A stretch of DNA of 64,000 bases. It comes from Candidatus Woesearchaeota archaeon. Its GTDB lineage: Archaea; Nanobdellota; Nanobdellia; Woesearchaeales; WJIZ01. The notes beneath the pieces are model-generated. The model worked only from the letters and a program-made list of their open reading frames with translations, did not search any database and was not told the origin of the DNA. Positions 59,649-64,000 of this stretch are shown one piece after another. Every line of letters starts with the position of its first letter. Within the stretch, counting starts at the first letter, position 1. Position numbers and translations under genes: made by a program. The stretch spans positions 637-64,636 of the forward strand of contig JAGVYS010000003.1 of the NCBI GenBank assembly GCA_018303125.1, in the 5' to 3' direction.

Positions 59649-60302
59649 ATGAGATATATTCTTTTTTTGGCAGCCATCATGGCGATAATACTTGCAATAG
59701 TCCTAGCAGGATGCGCACAGGATGAATGCAAGGGCGAGGGGAATTGCTATTTTGACAAGGCACTCTCAGAAAAAAATGATTTCTACTGTTCCAAAATAAA
59801 ATCAGAAACACTTAGGAAGTCATGCTATGCTGAAAGGGCAATAGACTCTGACAACATGCAGCTTTGCCTTGAGATAAACAGCAGTTATTGCATTGTGTCA
59901 GTTGCCGAGAATAGGCAAGATGCGGGTTTGTGCAGGACAATATCTGACAGCCATTGGGGCGACACTTGCTACAAGAACTTGGCATCTATGACTGCAAACG
60001 CATCGCTCTGCAGAAGCATAATTAGCACGGATAATAGGGATGGCTGCCACATGGAGCTTGCACAAAATACCAGCCAAACATCTTCCTGCTTTTTCATTAC
60101 CGCTCCATTGGTCAGGGATGTTTGCATTGGCAGCGTGGCTATCCAAAATCTTGACTCAAACGAATGTTACAACATACAGGATATAATGGTCAAGTCAAAG
60201 TGCTACAACAAGATTGCTGTTGCAGCAGGAAAGGCAAAAATATGCGACAGCATAACTATCCCTTCAGTTAGAGAAGAATGCATAAAAGGCATTAAAGCGT
60301 AA
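59649..60302 (+). CDS. Cys-rich repeat lipoprotein
   Basis: Signal peptide with LAGC lipobox-like motif; about 7 repeats of C..I.....R..CY...A. Confidence 0.8.
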   Translation: MRYILFLAAIMAIILAIVLAGCAQDECKGEGNCYFDKALSEKNDFYCSKIKSETLRKSCYAERAIDSDNMQLCLEINSSYCIVSVAENRQDAGLCRTISDSHWGDTCYKNLASMTANASLCRSIISTDNRDGCHMELAQNTSQTSSCFFITAPLVRDVCIGSVAIQNLDSNECYNIQDIMVKSKCYNKIAVAAGKAKICDSITIPSVREECIKGIKA

Positions 60303-60326
60303 ATTCTTTAGAAATTACTTGCCAGC

Positions 60327-60488
60327 TTAATTTACTTGCCAGCTGTATTTTCTCATTCTCGGGCTTGCGCCGTATCCGCAGCTCGAGCATTTCTTCTTCC
60401 TGACGTGGAAAGTCCTTTTGCCGCACCTTCTGCAGAATACGAAATTCTTCTTTCCTGATTTCTTTCCATGGGAAGCTGTTCCTTTCAT
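60327..60488 (-). CDS. rpl37e: 50S ribosomal protein L37e
   Basis: Below ORF cutoff: MKGTASHGKKSGKKNFVFCRRCGKRTFHVRKKKCSSCGYGASPRMRKYSWQVN; follows lsm. Confidence 0.95.
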   Translation of the reverse strand: MKGTASHGKKSGKKNFVFCRRCGKRTFHVRKKKCSSCGYGASPRMRKYSWQVN

Positions 60489-60489
60489 T

Positions 60490-60714
60490 TTACTCCGGAG
60501 AAATAATTGTTATTGTGTCCCCTCTTATGAAGACTACTCCCAATTTTCTCTTGACCTGCCCATCTTCCCACTCCTCAGCGTTCCTTAGCACTACATTTAT
60601 GTGCATGTCAAAAGCTTCAAGGTTTCCTAAATATTGCTTCTTATTCTTTAGCTCTACTATTACCCTTTTGTCTCTCGCCCTGTTGAGGGCATCAAGCGGT
60701 CTTGCCTGTTCCAT
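60490..60714 (-). CDS. lsm: Sm-like protein (Lsm/SmAP)
   Basis: RPLDAL, V.VELKN...G.L.AFD.H.N.VL..AEE, IRGD. Confidence 0.95.
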   Translation of the reverse strand: MEQARPLDALNRARDKRVIVELKNKKQYLGNLEAFDMHINVVLRNAEEWEDGQVKRKLGVVFIRGDTITIISPE

Positions 60715-60835
60715 AAACCCCACCAAAATAGATAGCAAAGGATAAGACTCCTTTTTATAAATCTTTAGTTTTTGTTTCATCATATCTTATGAGGCATCAA
60801 AAAATTTATATAATCACTTGATTCATATTTTCATT

Positions 60836-61120
60836 ATGTCTAACAAAATTGAGAAGATAAGGGCGCAGATTGACAGGATAGACAAGGTGATAATAACTGC
60901 ACTTGCCGAGAGGATGTCCCTGATGCCTGACATAGGCCAATTCAAGAAGGAGCACAACATACCTATATTTCAGGAAAAAAGGGAGCAGCAGATAATGGCA
61001 AGGCTGAAGGAAGCCGCCAAGGAGCAGGATTTGGACGAGAAATTTGTTGAAGAGATTTTCCTGAGCATTTTCAATGAGGCAAAAAGAATACAGCAAGATA
61101 TAATCAATAATCCTGATTAA
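60836..61120 (+). CDS. Chorismate mutase (AroQ type)
   Basis: R.QID.ID..I...LAER...IG..K.....I....RE. Confidence 0.9.
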   Translation: MSNKIEKIRAQIDRIDKVIITALAERMSLMPDIGQFKKEHNIPIFQEKREQQIMARLKEAAKEQDLDEKFVEEIFLSIFNEAKRIQQDIINNPD

Positions 61121-62079
61121 GAGTATGTGCCTTCTTTCATGAATACTTTTTCTGTGATTACCGCTATTCCATTGCTTTTTTCAAGAATTCCTGCAGAGGT
61201 CATTTGCGCTGGCCCTATTGCCACAAGCTCTTCCTTAAGGCTCATGATTCCTACTATATCGCCTTGGTTTATTCCTTTATGCATCTTTGCAATGCCTGGT
61301 ATGCCTAAATTCCTTCCATGACATAATGATTCTATGGAAGAGTCAAGGACATAGACTTTCTGGAGGTGCCTTATGGCATATTCTATAGGCATTATGATTT
61401 TCCTTATGAATGCCTCATTCTTCTCTTCTTTCCAGTAATGGTATGCATCCGCAAGCTCCTGCAATGAGAAAGACTCATCAATGGAAAAGCAGCCAGCCTT
61501 TGTCCTTACGAGCTCAGCCATGTGGGCTCCGCCCAGTTTTTCCCCTATCTGGTGGCATAGCTTCCTTATGTACGTACCTGCCTCGCACCCGACAACAAAA
61601 AGCACATCCTTTTCTTGAATTTCAAGTATATCAAGATAGTATATGCTCCTCTCCCTTTCCTGCCTTTTCACAGCTGACTTTATTGGTGGGATTTGCTTTA
61701 TCTTCCCTATGAATTGCTTGCACGTATTTTTAATATCGCTCTCGCTCGTTTCCTTATGCAAGTGCATTACGCATACATACTCTTTGCCAGCAGGAAGAAG
61801 GGTCTGCACTATCCTCGTTGCCCTTCCAAGCGCAACAGGCAATACTCCTGTGACAGCCGGGTCTAAAGTACCGGAATGACCAGATTTTTTTATTCCTAAT
61901 ATCCTCTGCACATAATCAGAAACCTGATGTGACGTCGGTCCCTTAGGCTTGTTTATGTTTATGACTCCAAAGCCGATTAGCTCCTCAACACCCCTTTTGT
62001 TCGGGTCAATACCTGCGCTAGGGTTTGTTGAAGATTCCTGCTTGACAATAATGTCAGCTTTTACTTCTTGCATTATCAT
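61117..62079 (-). CDS. cbf5: tRNA/rRNA pseudouridine synthase Cbf5
   Basis: NKPKGPTSHQV, GHSGTLDPAVTG, CEAGTYIRKLC, PUA domain. Confidence 0.96.
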   Translation of the reverse strand: MIMQEVKADIIVKQESSTNPSAGIDPNKRGVEELIGFGVININKPKGPTSHQVSDYVQRILGIKKSGHSGTLDPAVTGVLPVALGRATRIVQTLLPAGKEYVCVMHLHKETSESDIKNTCKQFIGKIKQIPPIKSAVKRQERERSIYYLDILEIQEKDVLFVVGCEAGTYIRKLCHQIGEKLGGAHMAELVRTKAGCFSIDESFSLQELADAYHYWKEEKNEAFIRKIIMPIEYAIRHLQKVYVLDSSIESLCHGRNLGIPGIAKMHKGINQGDIVGIMSLKEELVAIGPAQMTSAGILEKSNGIAVITEKVFMKEGTYS

Positions 62080-62127
62080 AAATCTAAGAAATCAGGCAAG
62101 TAATTAAAACACTTTTGCTTGCAGCTA

Positions 62128-62577
62128 TCATCTAATCCCATTTTCACTTAATGCATCCCTTAACTCTGTGTTCAGGTAACATTTAATCCCGTATTTCTCG
62201 AATTGCCCTGTCGCAAGCGCAACCAAATCAGGGTTTCCTGATATAGGGATGACAACAACTCTCCCATCAGGAAGATTGCTTCCCGCTTTTACATCATCTG
62301 CTATATACTCCAAAACAGTTTTAAGGGGGGAACAATCTACCTCACCAGGGCGTCCTAAATTGGCATCAATAACATATACGTCAAATGGCCTGTGGGCTAA
62401 TGTTCCTGTAGGAGCAGTTATGCCTGTTCCACTGGTCATTTCTGCTACCATCTCTTCAACACTGGCCACACTGGTTGGAGAATAACAGGTAGGCAGTAAA
62501 CCAGGCATAAATTGAGCTATGGCTGCATTATGCAATCCTAAAAGTGCTCTCTTTTGACCTTGTTCTTGTTCTGCCAT
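62128..62577 (-). CDS. Hypothetical protein, paralogue of next gene (receiver-like)
   Basis: H.PF..YVIDANLGR.G.VD..P.K...I.PIS.NP.L shared with 62672-63112. Confidence 0.7.
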   Translation of the reverse strand: MAEQEQGQKRALLGLHNAAIAQFMPGLLPTCYSPTSVASVEEMVAEMTSGTGITAPTGTLAHRPFDVYVIDANLGRPGEVDCSPLKTVLEYIADDVKAGSNLPDGRVVVIPISGNPDLVALATGQFEKYGIKCYLNTELRDALSENGIR

Positions 62578-62671
62578 GACTATTAGAGTATTATTGTGAT
62601 ATTTAAGCCTTTCTAAATTGTAACTACTTAGAAGTAATCATTAAATTAAATATCTCTGATTCAGCCCAAAT

Positions 62672-63112
62672 TTATTGTGATGGTTTATTGAGATAGTCAC
62701 TAATAGCTGCCTGTACCTGATTCTTGAAGAGGCATTGAATTCCGAACTCCGTGATTATACTTTCCTGAAGATTAGGATTGTTGGATATAGGTATGATGCC
62801 TACCTTTTCTGAATGATAGTCAACCCATACAAAACGATAGAATCTCTTAAAAGGGTCAATATCAACTTTACCTTCCCTACCAAGATTTGCATCCAAGACA
62901 TAAAGCCCGAATGGATTGTGGTAAAGAGAGCCGGTTGGATTATCAGTGGTTATAGTTGATCCCTCAAGCATTCTCCTTATCATATCATCTAGAGTCGGAA
63001 CAAATACCGAATCCATATTTGCGAACAGCGCAGGAAATATGCAAGCCAAATTTTCTCGTAAATTATCATCATGAATCCCAAAAAGGGCCTTCAATTTTTC
63101 AGGTTCTGCCAT
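62672..63112 (-). CDS. Hypothetical protein, paralogue of previous gene (receiver-like)
   Basis: HNPFGLYVLDANLGREGKVD..P.K...IIPISNNP.L. Confidence 0.7.
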   Translation of the reverse strand: MAEPEKLKALFGIHDDNLRENLACIFPALFANMDSVFVPTLDDMIRRMLEGSTITTDNPTGSLYHNPFGLYVLDANLGREGKVDIDPFKRFYRFVWVDYHSEKVGIIPISNNPNLQESIITEFGIQCLFKNQVQAAISDYLNKPSQ

Positions 63113-63284
63113 AGATGTCGGAATCAAATACTGGTATTTAAGCCTTTCTATTTATAACCACTTATAAGTGGCAACTAAATTGCCATCTAAATAAATCGCA
63201 TAATTTGCACTATACTTTTTGAAGCAGAAATATGCATCCAGATAATTGCATCAACTATTTAAATCTGGCAGATGCTGCTCTGGC

Positions 63285-63848
63285 ATGCTTGAAAAAATAA
63301 AGGGAATCATGGCGGTAAGCGGGGAAGTGGCTGCCATAAATGCTAAGTTGGAAGAAACAAAAAAAGCCATTGAAGCCCTTAACTCATCTGTTTATGGCGT
63401 GAAGGAAGAGCTTAATTCTTTTAAGGAAGCACAAAATAAGCTGAAAGTTACTTTCCTCGCTGACTCCGTAAGCATAGGAACATGCAGGGAGGAGCTCATG
63501 GAGCAGATTTCCGATTTCAAGCTCATGAAGTCAAGGATGGAGAAGAAAATGCTTGAAAGCTTCGAAAGCGCTGTAATGGCATGGCTTTCAAGGGAATTTG
63601 AAAGGCTTGGAAAGTGCGTGAAGGATTTTGAAATTCTCTCAAGCGGAGCAGATGAATTCCTGAAAGAGGTTTCAGCTGTAAGGCAGGAAATAGCTAAGTT
63701 GGTTTCATTATCAGAAAAGATAAAGGAAAAGGATTTTGAGCTTACTAAATATGCATCAAGGATAGACTCAGCGGACAAGGAGAAGCTTGAGCTGATGAGA
63801 AGAATTGATACACTTGAGAAGCTTGTTTCAAAGCTAAGAAGAGGATAG
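63285..63848 (+). CDS. Coiled-coil hypothetical protein
   Basis: E/K-rich heptad pattern over ~185 aa. Confidence 0.7.
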   Translation: MLEKIKGIMAVSGEVAAINAKLEETKKAIEALNSSVYGVKEELNSFKEAQNKLKVTFLADSVSIGTCREELMEQISDFKLMKSRMEKKMLESFESAVMAWLSREFERLGKCVKDFEILSSGADEFLKEVSAVRQEIAKLVSLSEKIKEKDFELTKYASRIDSADKEKLELMRRIDTLEKLVSKLRRG

Positions 63849-63942
63849 ATTTTTAAAAATAGCAATGAAACTTTCTCTGCGGGTCATTGGTCTGGCAGTT
63901 ATGATGCCACCTTGGCATTGTAAGCAACCATGAGTTCCATAT

Positions 63943-64000
63943 GGGGTCGTAGTTCAGTGGCTAGAATGCTGCCTTGACATGGCAGAGGTCGCCGGTTCGA
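63943..64000 (+). tRNA. tRNA-Val(GAC), truncated by window edge
   Basis: GGGGTCG TAGTTCAGTGGCTAGAAT G CTGCC TTGACAT GGCAG AGGTC GCCGG TTCGA. Confidence 0.9.

Overview
Archaeal chromosomal window, most likely DPANN/Woesearchaeota-like (inferred). Evidence: split RNA polymerase B''/B' and A'/A'' in an rpoH-rpoB-rpoA-L30e-nusA-S12-S7 operon, Lsm-L37e, Cbf5, aIF-1A, Bud32 and intron-containing tRNAs. It is rich in biosynthetic genes: fumC, carAB, pyrG, purE/C/B, proBAC, a GcvT-SHMT fusion and chorismate mutase. The accessory block at about 11.2-23.8 kb is the most unusual part. Three 40-bp direct repeats bracket two toxin-antitoxin cassettes. The third repeat abuts an ~11-kb, bacterial-looking, all-minus-strand island encoding four sugar-isomerase-type TIM barrels, a Gfo/Idh/MocA dehydrogenase, an FGGY kinase, a cupin and microproteins. 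The island is headed by ~1.8 kb of non-coding DNA made of about 18 back-to-back stem-closed RNA modules. The downstream modules are tRNA-sized and tRNA-like and surround an aberrant CCA-encoding tRNA-Lys; the upstream ones display Shine-Dalgarno/AGGA motifs in their loops. G-U wobble asymmetry points to a minus-strand RNA. A second candidate system is a tandem MNT-MNT-HEPN-HEPN protein followed by four tandem paralogues of an unknown family. All calls are by eye from sequence and recalled family motifs; no searches or folding programs were run.
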